Positions 1-9,523 of a stretch of DNA of 13,985 nucleotides are shown one piece after another. Position 1 is the first letter of the stretch. Each line of letters begins with the position of its first letter. Position numbers and translations under genes: made by a program. The stretch is from Myxococcota bacterium. Lineage in GTDB: Bacteria; Myxococcota_A; Polyangia; Polyangiales; Sandaracinaceae. Below the pieces are notes generated by a model. That model did no database searches. It saw only the letters and a list, made by a program, of their open reading frames with translations, and had not been told where the DNA came from. Where the stretch lies: positions 1 to 13,985 of the forward strand of contig JAYZQJ010000114.1 in NCBI GenBank assembly GCA_036149055.1, given 5' to 3'.

Positions 1-164
1 ACCAAACCCTCCAGCAAGAAGCAGCGCGAGCCGCAGGGCCCCCAGCGCCCCGTCGCTGGGGTCGCGGCGCGAGCGCGCAGCGCGACGCGCCGACGGAGTC
101 GGGAGGGGGGCCCCATTGGCGCTTTGCCCAATGGGGGGAGGGTTTGCACCAAACCCTCCAAAAA
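1..164. repeat. Cluster of palindromic (REP-like) elements with a 13-bp direct repeat at 147-bp spacing
   Basis: ACCAAACCCTCCA occurs at 1-13 and 148-160. Hairpins: CCCCAGCG(40-47)/CGCTGGGG(54-61); GGCGCG(66-71)/CGCGCC(86-91); CCCCATTGG(111-119)/CCAATGGGG(128-136); GGAGGGTTTG(137-146)/CAAACCCTCC(150-159). Confidence 0.65.
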
Positions 165-166
165 GC

Positions 167-1231
167 TCAGTCCCGACGGCCCGTGGGATCCTCGGGATCG
201 AAGCCGTCGCCGACCACCTCGGCCTGCCACTGCTCGATCGGCTCCAGCGAGTCCTCGGGGTGCTCCTCGCCGATGGCGAGGAGGTGGAAGAGCGCGTCGC
301 CCTCGTTCACCACCGGGAGCTGGGTCTTGCCGATCACGATGCCGGGGTGCGGCGCCGTGACCTCCGTCGGATCGTGGCCGAAGGGATCGCCGATCGTCCC
401 GAGCACGTCGCCTTGCTCCACGCGGGAGCCGAGCGAGACCCGGGCCCGGAGGATGCCGCCGACGGGCGAGCGCACCCAGCGGCTCTGGCTGGCCACGATG
501 GGCTCGATGCGCTTGGCGTCCTTGCGGCGCGCGAGCATGCCGAGGTGGTGCATGACGCCGAGCACGCCGCGGAGGCCGGGGCGGATGGCCCACTCGTCGA
601 AACGGAGCGCCTCGCCGCCCTCGTAGACCAGGAGCGGCACGCCCTGCTCGGCGACCGCGGCCCGGAGCGAGCCGTCGCGGGTCTTCGACTCCAGGGCCAC
701 CAGGGCGCCGAAGTGGCGCGCCATCTCGAGCGCGGTCTCGTCGCCCTCGGTGATGCGCAGCTGCGGCAGGTTCGTGCGGTGCAGCGCGCCGGTGTGGAGG
801 TCGATCCCGTGGGTCGCGTTCTGGACGACCTCCTCCATGAAGATGTTGGCCAGGCGCCCCGCGAGCGACCCGCGCTCGGAGCCGGGGAACGACCGGTTCA
901 GGTCGCGGCGGTCGGGCAGGTAGCGCGAGTAGCCGATGAACCCGAAGACGTTGACCACCGGGACGGCGATGAGCGTGCCCTTGAGGCGCGAGAGCGCCTT
1001 GGTGCGGAGCAGCCGGTTGACGATCTCGACGCCGTTGATCTCGTCGCCGTGCACCGCCGCGCTCACGAAGAGGCTGGGCCCGGGCTTCTTGCCGCGCACC
1101 ACGTGCACCGGCATCGAGAGGTCGGCGGCGGTGGGGACCCGCGCCACCGGGATCTCGATCGTCGTGCGCTGCCCGGGGTGCACGTCGACGCCCCCGATCG
1201 AGAGGGGGGCCATGTGGTTCTTCGCGTCCAT
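167..1231 (-). CDS. Succinylglutamate desuccinylase/aspartoacylase (AstE/AspA) family, M14-like zinc hydrolase
   Basis: Motifs SAAVHGDEING (HxxE Zn ligands), RDLNRSFPG, IDLHTG and YEGG, plus a C-terminal hybrid-motif-like segment (SPVGGIL...VEQGDVLG...GDALFHL). Alternative start at 1213 (MAPLS). Confidence 0.9.
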   Translation of the reverse strand: MDAKNHMAPLSIGGVDVHPGQRTTIEIPVARVPTAADLSMPVHVVRGKKPGPSLFVSAAVHGDEINGVEIVNRLLRTKALSRLKGTLIAVPVVNVFGFIGYSRYLPDRRDLNRSFPGSERGSLAGRLANIFMEEVVQNATHGIDLHTGALHRTNLPQLRITEGDETALEMARHFGALVALESKTRDGSLRAAVAEQGVPLLVYEGGEALRFDEWAIRPGLRGVLGVMHHLGMLARRKDAKRIEPIVASQSRWVRSPVGGILRARVSLGSRVEQGDVLGTIGDPFGHDPTEVTAPHPGIVIGKTQLPVVNEGDALFHLLAIGEEHPEDSLEPIEQWQAEVVGDGFDPEDPTGRRD

Positions 1232-1246
1232 GGTGAATTCGCCCGC

Positions 1247-1274
1247 ATCATGCGTCGCGCGGTGCGCGAAGCAA
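1247..1274 (-). promoter_or_regulatory. Possible sigma70-type promoter of the AstE/AspA gene
   Basis: The minus strand reads TTGCTT(1274-1269)-N16-CATGAT(1252-1247), 15 nt before the ATG at 1231. Confidence 0.3.
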
Positions 1275-1280
1275 CGAAGA

Positions 1281-1853
1281 TCAGACGGCCAGCCCGCGCA
1301 GCACGAGGCGGTGCAGCCGCTCGAGCTCGTCCATGATCTGCTCGCGCGGGGACTCGAAGATGGCGGGGGGCGCGAACGCCCGGTAGGCGAGCAGCAGGGT
1401 GTGGGCCTCGCGCTCGGGCTCCGAGACCGCGAGCTGGCCCCGCGCCGCGCCCTCGGACAGGAACCGCGCGAACAGGCTCCGCTCCCGCTCGGCGAAGCTG
1501 CGGTGCGCGTCCTCCACCCCGGGGCAGGCGCAGCCGAAGAGATCGGCGCCGTGCGGCCCCTCCGCGTTGTCGAAGAAGGCCTGGACCCGGGCGCTCAGCG
1601 CCGCCGCGAGCCGCGCCGGGGCCGGGTCTCCGTCGCCCCAGGCCGCCTCGACCGCCGACAGGACCCGCTCGTGGCGCCGCGCCGAGAGCGCACCCAGGAT
1701 GGAGTCCTTGGTGCGGAACTCGAGATACACGGTGCCGACGCCGACCCGGGCCTCCCTGGCGATGTCGGCGACCGTCGTCTTGAAGGGGCCGTAATGACGA
1801 AACAATCGGCCAGCGGCTTCGAGGATCAGGAGGCGACGGTCGGGGGTGTTCAT
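1281..1853 (-). CDS. TetR/AcrR family transcriptional regulator
   Basis: N-terminal HTH ILEAAGRLFRHYGPFKTTVADIAREARVGVGTVYLEFRTKDSIL; 190 aa; GAGG just upstream of the ATG. Confidence 0.95.
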   Translation of the reverse strand: MNTPDRRLLILEAAGRLFRHYGPFKTTVADIAREARVGVGTVYLEFRTKDSILGALSARRHERVLSAVEAAWGDGDPAPARLAAALSARVQAFFDNAEGPHGADLFGCACPGVEDAHRSFAERERSLFARFLSEGAARGQLAVSEPEREAHTLLLAYRAFAPPAIFESPREQIMDELERLHRLVLRGLAV

Positions 1854-1880
1854 AAGGCCTCGGGGGGCGACGTCCAGTCG

Positions 1881-1908
1881 TTGACTGAGCCGTGAACGAT
1901 TTTAGGTT
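1881..1908 (+). promoter_or_regulatory. Sigma70-type promoter for lon
   Basis: TTGACT(1881-1886)-N16-TAGGTT(1903-1908), in an AT-rich island within GC-rich DNA; AGGA at 1952-1955 is a possible RBS. Confidence 0.6.
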
Positions 1909-1915
1909 TCGTTCA
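1893..1915. promoter_or_regulatory. Inverted repeat, candidate TetR operator
   Basis: TGAACGA(1893-1899)-N9-TCGTTCA(1909-1915), perfect 7-bp arms enclosing both divergent -10 boxes. Confidence 0.65.
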
Positions 1916-1927
1916 TCACTCACGCAA
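1899..1927 (-). promoter_or_regulatory. Sigma70-type promoter for tetR
   Basis: The minus strand reads TTGCGT(1927-1922)-N17-TAAAAT(1904-1899). Confidence 0.65.
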
Positions 1928-1965
1928 AGGCTCGATTCTCGGACCTTGGAAAGGACGGCTCCACG

Positions 1966-4359
<2,394 letters not shown>

Positions 4360-4388
4360 CCTCCTCCCCACATCCCACACACCACCCA

Positions 4389-4422
4389 GACGGGGGCGTC
4401 GGCATCGGCCGACGCCCCCGTC
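4389..4422. terminator. Strong hairpin between convergent genes, probable bidirectional terminator or 3'-end protector
   Basis: Perfect 15-bp stem GACGGGGGCGTCGGC(4389-4403), loop ATCG, GCCGACGCCCCCGTC(4408-4422); no long U-tract on either strand. Confidence 0.7.
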
Positions 4423-4437
4423 CCTTCGTGGGGCGGG

Positions 4438-7113
4438 CTACTCGATGCGGATCAGCTCGCGGGTGTCGTCGTCGAACGCCCAGAGCACGCGGTTGACGGG
4501 GTCGAAGCCGAGCCCGTAGTTCGAGGTGGCCGCGGTGCCGCCGCTCCAGTTCACGAGCACGTCCGGGAAGGCGTCGCCGCGCGGGCTGCACACGTAGCCC
4601 ACGGCCTCGTCGCCGTACTGCACGTAGAGCACGTCCGCGAGCCCGTCGCCGTCGAGGTCGTCGGCGTGGAGCGCGTTGACGGTGCTGTTGAGATCGTAGA
4701 AGCCGGTGACGAGCTGCACGTCGGTGCCCGCGCGGCTGGCCCGCACGACCCGGTCACCGTCGGAGCACGCGAGGTAGAAGAAGCCCGCGTCGCCGGTGAG
4801 GCCCGAGCAGTCCGACTCGCCGACCACGGTCCGCGCGAGCGTCGCCGCGGCGGGGAGGCCGCCGCTGACGTCGATCGCCCAGATCTCGGTGGTGCCACCG
4901 ACGGTGAACTCGTGGGTCGCCACGTAGAGGGTGGTGCCCTCCAGCCAGGTCGCGCGGAGATCGTCGGCCGGCGGCATGGGGAAGGTCGCGGCGTCCTCGA
5001 CCAGGTAGCTGGCGCCCGCCGACTGCGAGAGGCGGAACACCAGGCCGCTGGTGGGCGAGCCGCTGGAGGTGGACTCGACGCTGAAGAGGTCATCGCCCCG
5101 GAGCGCGAGGCCGTAGCCGAGCTGCGAGCTGCCGAACATGCCCACCGTGTGGGCCGCCTCGGCGGCGCCGCCGCTCTTCGGGACGCGGTAGAGCACCGAG
5201 GTGCCGCCCACGAAGACCTGCCCGCCCAGCGCCGCGTCGCTGACGACGTAGTGCTCGGTGGTGGCCGAGGGGATGGAGGTGGCGATGCGGGTGACCGCGC
5301 CGCCGTTGACCCCGCCCACCCCCGGTGTGCAGCTGCGCGGGATCTCCCGCACGTTCACGAACATCGGGCTGGGCAGGGGCTCGGAGCCGCTCGCGGTGTC
5401 GACGAAGTAGAAGTAGTAGGTGGCGCCCGCCGTCACCGCCGCGGAGAGGGTGAGCGTCGTTCCGCTGAGCGCCGAGGCGCAGCTCGCCCCGGTGAGATCG
5501 CCGCACACCGCGCTCGCCATGATCACGTGGCGCTGGCTGTTGTTCTTCTCGAGGGCGATCTCGACCCGACCGTCGACGGTGGCGGTGAAGCTCGCGACGA
5601 CGTCGCCTCCGGCGCTCGCCTGGCTGCTCGCGCAGGGCGCGGTGGCCGGCACGTAGTCGCGGGTGGTGGCGCTCCAGCGGAGCACGTTGAAGCCCGCGCG
5701 GAGCGGGATGGCGTCGGCGCAGGTCTCGCCGGTGGGGCCCATGGGGTAGCAGCCGCCACGGACGCACAGGTCGCCCGCGCCGCAGACCACGCCGCAGCCG
5801 CCGCAGTTCGCCAGGTCCGAGGTGACGTTCGCCTCGCAGCCGGTGGCGTAGCTGCCGTCGCAGTCGCCGAAGCCGGTGTCACAGGTCGCGACGACGCAGC
5901 CGCCGCTCGCGCAGCCGGCGGCGCCGTTCGAGACGCTGCAGCTCAGGCCGCACGCGCCGCAGTCCGTCGGAGCGGTCGCGATCGAGGTCTCGCAGCCGTC
6001 GGCGGTCAGGTCGGCGTTGCAGTCCCCGAAGCCTGGGTCGCAGACCGCGCGGCAGCTGCCCGCCATGCACAGGCCGCTCGCTCCGGCCGCGCCGGGGCAG
6101 ACGCTGTCGCACCCGCCGCAGTGATCGGGGTCGTGGTCGAGGCTCACGCAGGCGCCGCCGCAGTTGGTCAGCCCCGCGCCGCAGCTCGCCGCGCAGACGC
6201 CGGCGTCGCAGACCGCGCCCGCCGGACAGACGTTGCCGCAGGCGCCGCAGTGCGTCGGGTCGCTGCCGAGGTCGACGCAGGCGCCGCCGCAGAAGGTGCC
6301 GGTGGCGCAGCGCGGCGCGCAGGCCCCCGCGTCGCAGCGCTCGTCCGCGTCGCAGGTCACGTCGCAGGCGCCGCAGTGCGAGGGATCGGCGGTGGGATCG
6401 ACGCAGCGGTCGCCGCACTCGAGCTGTCCGCTCGGGCAGAGCACGCCGCAGGCGCCGTCGAGGCACGCCTCGCCCGCGTCGCAGGCCACGTCGCAGGCGC
6501 CGCAGTGCGCGCGGTCGGACCGGGCGTCGACGCAGGCGTCGTCGCAGACGGTGAGGCCCGCGCCGCAGCTGGGCGCGCAGGCGCCGTCGGCACAGATCTC
6601 GCCCGCGTCGCAGGTGACGCCGCAGGCGCCGCAGCTCGACCGGTCGGTCGCCAGGTCGCGACACGCGCCGGAGCAGTCGGTCAGGTCGGCCGCGCAGGAC
6701 GTCGCGCAGGCGCCCTCGCTGCAGACCTCGCCCGCGTCACAGGTCACGCCGCAGGCGCCGCAATGCGCGGGGCTGGCGGCGAGGACGTGGCAGCCGCCGT
6801 CGCAGGCGTCCTGGCCTTCGGGGCACGAGAGCTCGCAGGCGCCGTCGGCGCAGACCTCACCGGCTCCGCAGGCGACGTCGCAGCCGCCGCAGTGCCGGGG
6901 ATCGGAGCTCGGGTCGACGCACTCGTCGCCGCAGGAGAGCGTCGGGCAGTCGCCCGCGTCGTCCGGCTCGCCCGCGTCGATCTCGGGGGTCGCGCCGTCA
7001 CAGCCGGCGAGGGAGAGGATCAAGAGAGGGAACAACAGCGCGGACGGACGAACGCGCCGCGGGGCCGGGGACCCGCCGCCTTCGAGGCCCGCGCAGGGGC
7101 CGAGGGAAGACAT
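4438..7113 (-). CDS. Cys-rich repeat lipoprotein (MXAN_6577-like/Stig1-like repeats) with C-terminal beta-rich head
   Basis: Hydrophobic stretch and lipobox ALLFPLLILSLAG-C (Cys at 7002-7000); nine Cys-rich repeats of type CVD..SDP.HCGAC...C..GE.C..G.C; then a GETCADAIPL beta-sandwich-like part and a propeller-like part with DLDGDGLAD. The start is ATG 7113 or 7125; the listed ORF start at 7398 overlaps another gene. Confidence 0.8.
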   Translation of the reverse strand: MSSLGPCAGLEGGGSPAPRRVRPSALLFPLLILSLAGCDGATPEIDAGEPDDAGDCPTLSCGDECVDPSSDPRHCGGCDVACGAGEVCADGACELSCPEGQDACDGGCHVLAASPAHCGACGVTCDAGEVCSEGACATSCAADLTDCSGACRDLATDRSSCGACGVTCDAGEICADGACAPSCGAGLTVCDDACVDARSDRAHCGACDVACDAGEACLDGACGVLCPSGQLECGDRCVDPTADPSHCGACDVTCDADERCDAGACAPRCATGTFCGGACVDLGSDPTHCGACGNVCPAGAVCDAGVCAASCGAGLTNCGGACVSLDHDPDHCGGCDSVCPGAAGASGLCMAGSCRAVCDPGFGDCNADLTADGCETSIATAPTDCGACGLSCSVSNGAAGCASGGCVVATCDTGFGDCDGSYATGCEANVTSDLANCGGCGVVCGAGDLCVRGGCYPMGPTGETCADAIPLRAGFNVLRWSATTRDYVPATAPCASSQASAGGDVVASFTATVDGRVEIALEKNNSQRHVIMASAVCGDLTGASCASALSGTTLTLSAAVTAGATYYFYFVDTASGSEPLPSPMFVNVREIPRSCTPGVGGVNGGAVTRIATSIPSATTEHYVVSDAALGGQVFVGGTSVLYRVPKSGGAAEAAHTVGMFGSSQLGYGLALRGDDLFSVESTSSGSPTSGLVFRLSQSAGASYLVEDAATFPMPPADDLRATWLEGTTLYVATHEFTVGGTTEIWAIDVSGGLPAAATLARTVVGESDCSGLTGDAGFFYLACSDGDRVVRASRAGTDVQLVTGFYDLNSTVNALHADDLDGDGLADVLYVQYGDEAVGYVCSPRGDAFPDVLVNWSGGTAATSNYGLGFDPVNRVLWAFDDDTRELIRIE
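5749..6948 (-). repeat. Nine tandem Cys-rich protein repeats (about 41-53 aa each)
   Basis: Seven units contain CxxxCV/H/RxxxxxxxxCGxC and two variant units begin CDxGFGDC...GCE. Confidence 0.9.
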
Positions 7114-7229
7114 CCTGAACACCATCCGGGAGCCGGAGGTGGCTCGGACATTCCGAGCGTGAGACCCCGGCTCCTCGAGTGGGGCAATTTCAGAGCGCCG
7201 GGAGTCCGGCGAAAGAGAGGAGCGTGCGT

Positions 7230-7469
7230 TTACGCGGGGGCGCCGAGCCTCTCCACCGTGATCTCGCGCTCGAGGTCGGCGAGCACGCCGTCGAGGAGCG
7301 CGGCGCGGTCGACCGGGGCGACGAGGGTGACCACGCCCCCCTTGGCCACGTGTACGTTGGCGAGGTGACCGTGGGCCTCGACGACGTAGCGGAGCCACGC
7401 GACCTCGTGCTTGGCGACCCGCAGGCGCCGGGTGACGAGGCCCGGGCCGTCGTGGAGTGGAGCGGTCAT
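7230..7469 (-). CDS. Small protein, DUF4911-like
   Basis: 79 aa with the pattern RLRVAKHEVAWLRYVVEAHGHLA...GVVTLVAP...LLDGVLADL. This resembles my recollection of the DUF4911 pattern (l.v....iayl.f.lE.y.gla). It fits the intergenic gap and has normal composition. Confidence 0.65.
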   Translation of the reverse strand: MTAPLHDGPGLVTRRLRVAKHEVAWLRYVVEAHGHLANVHVAKGGVVTLVAPVDRAALLDGVLADLEREITVERLGAPA

Positions 7470-7513
7470 GGGGGGAACGTCCCGGACCGACGCGGGTCGC
7501 GCAAGGGGGCCAG

Positions 7514-7522
7514 TGATACGAT
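7514..7522 (+). promoter_or_regulatory. Extended -10 promoter candidate for the C-type lectin lipoprotein
   Basis: TGATACGAT matches TGnTAnnnT; RBS GGAGG at 7545-7549, 7 nt before ATG 7557. Confidence 0.5.
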
Positions 7523-7556
7523 GGAGACGGGCGGCGCCCGCGCCGGAGGTTCCCGC

Positions 7557-8648
7557 ATGACTCGACTCGCTCGCATCGTCTGGTTCCTGCTCCTGGCTGG
7601 CTGCAGCCTCCAGCGCAGCGGAACCCAGCCCGCCGAGGGCGTCGACGCCCGGGTGCCCGACGCCGACGTCGGCGACGGAGGCGTGCCGGACGACGCGGTC
7701 GTGCCCCCCGACACCGGACGGCCGGACACCGGCCCGCCGCCCGACGGGTGCGTGCCCTCGACCGAGACCTGCGACGGCGCCGACGAGGACTGCGACCGCC
7801 TGATCGACGAAGGCGTGACCCGCGCGTGCGCCACCGCGTGCGGCGCGGGCGTCGAGACCTGCGCGGCCGGCGTCTTCGGCGCCTGCGACGCGCCCGCGCC
7901 CACCGCCGAGGCGTGCGACGGGGTGGACGACGACTGCGACGGCATGATCGACGAGGGGCTGACCCAGGCCTGCTCGACCGCGTGCGGGAGCGGCGTGGAG
8001 ACCTGCGTGGACGGCGCCTTCGGAGGGTGCACGGCGCCGGCGCCGGCGGCCGAGACCTGCAACGGGGTGGACGACGACTGCGACGGCATGACGGACGAGC
8101 TGCTGACGCGGTCGTGCACGAGCGCGTGCGGGTCGGGCATGGAGACCTGCAGCGCGGGGAGCTGGGGCGGGTGCACGGCGCCGGCGCCGGCGGCCGAGAC
8201 CTGCAACGGGATGGACGACGACTGCGACGGCCTGGTCGACGAGCCGCCCGCGGACTGCGGCTGCACGCGCGGCACCCGCATGGGCTCGACCTACCTCTTC
8301 TGCGACCGACAGGCGGTCTGGACCACGGCGCGGGACTTCTGCGCGATGCAGGGCTACGCGCTCGTCACCCTCGAGACGGACGCGGAGGCGCTGGCGGTGG
8401 CCAACACGGCGCTGATGCTCGCCGACGCCGACTGGTGGATCGGCCTCAACGACCGCGCGGTCGAGGACACGTTCGTCTGGGTGAGCGGCAGCGGGGCGGG
8501 GTTCCGGCGCTGGTCGTCCGGGCAGCCCAACGACTTCGGCGGTCAGGACTGCGTGACCATCGACAACGGCGGCGCGTTCGAGGACCGGACGTTCTGGGGC
8601 GACAAGGACTGCGGGGAGACCAACCGCTTCATCTGCGAGACGCCCTGA
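7557..8648 (+). CDS. Lipoprotein with MopE-related/putative metal-binding Cys-Asp repeats and a C-terminal C-type lectin domain
   Basis: Lipobox MTRLARIVWFLLLAG-C and a strong RBS; four E.C(D/N)G.D.DCD...DE motifs; CTLD motifs YLFC..WTTARDFC...GYALVTLET, WWIGLND, FVWVSG, WSSGQPND, DCV, WGDKDC, FICE. Confidence 0.9.
   Translation: MTRLARIVWFLLLAGCSLQRSGTQPAEGVDARVPDADVGDGGVPDDAVVPPDTGRPDTGPPPDGCVPSTETCDGADEDCDRLIDEGVTRACATACGAGVETCAAGVFGACDAPAPTAEACDGVDDDCDGMIDEGLTQACSTACGSGVETCVDGAFGGCTAPAPAAETCNGVDDDCDGMTDELLTRSCTSACGSGMETCSAGSWGGCTAPAPAAETCNGMDDDCDGLVDEPPADCGCTRGTRMGSTYLFCDRQAVWTTARDFCAMQGYALVTLETDAEALAVANTALMLADADWWIGLNDRAVEDTFVWVSGSGAGFRRWSSGQPNDFGGQDCVTIDNGGAFEDRTFWGDKDCGETNRFICETP
8025..8231 (+). 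repeat. Near-identical intragenic direct repeat, 144-bp period
   Basis: 8025-8087 and 8169-8231 are identical at 62 of 63 positions (G8067 vs A8211). Confidence 0.9.
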
Positions 8649-9474
8649 TCACGCCGGCCTCGGCGAGGAGGCGCTCGATCCGCGCCCAGTAGTCGGAGCC
8701 CGGGGGCGGCAGGTCGTTGTGGCCGCTCGCGTAGAGGACCAGCGCGGCGCCCGGGACCGCGGCGGCGAGCCGGCGGCCGTGCGCGGTGGGGATCACCTGG
8801 TCGCGCGTGCCGTGGAAGACGAGGGTGGGGCCGCGCCAGCCCGAGAGCGCCTCGAGCGTCTCGAAGCGGTCGACGATGAGGAAGCGCGGCACGTGCATCT
8901 TCGCCGCGACGTCCGGGACGCTGGTGAAGGTCGACTCCAGCACGAGGGCCGCCGGCGGGTGCTCCGGCAAGAGCGTTCCGATCGCGCCGCCGCCGAGCGA
9001 GCGCCCGTGATAGACGAGCCGGTCCGCGTCGATGGCCGGCTCGTCCCGGACGCGTCGGTGGAGCGCGGCCAGGGTCTCCGCGATCGAGGCCTCGCTGGGC
9101 GACCCCTCCGAGCGGCCGTAGCCGGGGTACTCCGCGAGCACGAGGCTCACGCCCATCCGCCGGTAGGGGGCGAGCATCCGGGGCCAGAGATCGATGAGCT
9201 CGGCGTTGCCGTGGGCGAAGATCACCGCCGGCCCCGGCGCGTCGGCACCGACCCCGTCGCCCGGGAGGAAGAAGGCCTCGACCCGCCCCTCCGAGGTCTC
9301 GAGCCACCAGCGCTCGAGGTCCGGGGTGTCGAGCACCGCCGGATCCGGGCGCACCATGTCGCGCGGGAAGAGCATCGCCCGCTGGAGCCGCGTCACGCCG
9401 AACACGAGCGCGACGATGACGCCCACCGCGATGACCCACAAGCGCCACCGTCGTCGCCTCGAAGATCTCCCCAC
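8629..9474 (-). CDS. Membrane-anchored alpha/beta hydrolase (ABHD13/ABHD17/YfhR-like)
   Basis: Motifs FAHGNAE, EYPGYGRSEGSPSE, nucleophile elbow GRSLGG, ESTFTS, HGTRDQVI (Asp) and SGHND (His); N-terminal RRRRWR followed by a hydrophobic helix. Start inferred at GTG 9474; the rest of the 689-aa ORF is antisense shadow. Confidence 0.88.
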   Translation of the reverse strand: MGRSSRRRRWRLWVIAVGVIVALVFGVTRLQRAMLFPRDMVRPDPAVLDTPDLERWWLETSEGRVEAFFLPGDGVGADAPGPAVIFAHGNAELIDLWPRMLAPYRRMGVSLVLAEYPGYGRSEGSPSEASIAETLAALHRRVRDEPAIDADRLVYHGRSLGGGAIGTLLPEHPPAALVLESTFTSVPDVAAKMHVPRFLIVDRFETLEALSGWRGPTLVFHGTRDQVIPTAHGRRLAAAVPGAALVLYASGHNDLPPPGSDYWARIERLLAEAGVIRASRR

Positions 9475-9477
9475 GCG

Positions 9478-9487
9478 TGATACCGTA
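9478..9487. promoter_or_regulatory. Candidate bidirectional -10 element
   Basis: The plus strand has TGATACCGT (extended -10, 9478-9486). The minus strand has TACGGT (9487-9482), 7 nt before the hydrolase GTG. Confidence 0.45.
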
Positions 9488-9523
9488 GCGCCCCCCCGAC
9501 CCCGAAGTCCGAGGTTGTCGTCG

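Noticed and set aside
137..164. Intrinsic terminator for the AstE/AspA gene
   Set aside because: On the minus-strand transcript the U-run precedes the hairpin rather than following it; it is better explained as part of the repeat unit.
116..1895. Plus-strand ORFs 116-1336 and 936-1895
   Set aside because: Antisense to the AstE/AspA and TetR genes, which carry clear family motifs.
1893..1915. CIRCE or LexA box interpretation of the palindrome upstream of lon
   Set aside because: It shares the 9-nt spacer with CIRCE, but the arms do not resemble TTAGCACTC; the GAAC/GTTC spacing is 13 nt, not the 4 nt of the Gram-positive SOS box.
4666..7368. 900-aa plus-strand ORF and nested small ORFs
   Set aside because: Antisense shadow of the Cys-rich lipoprotein.
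7126..7556. Long N-terminal extensions of ORFs 4438-7398 and 7179-8648
   Set aside because: The extensions overlap the DUF4911-like gene; downstream starts give proper lipoprotein signal peptides (and an RBS for 7557).
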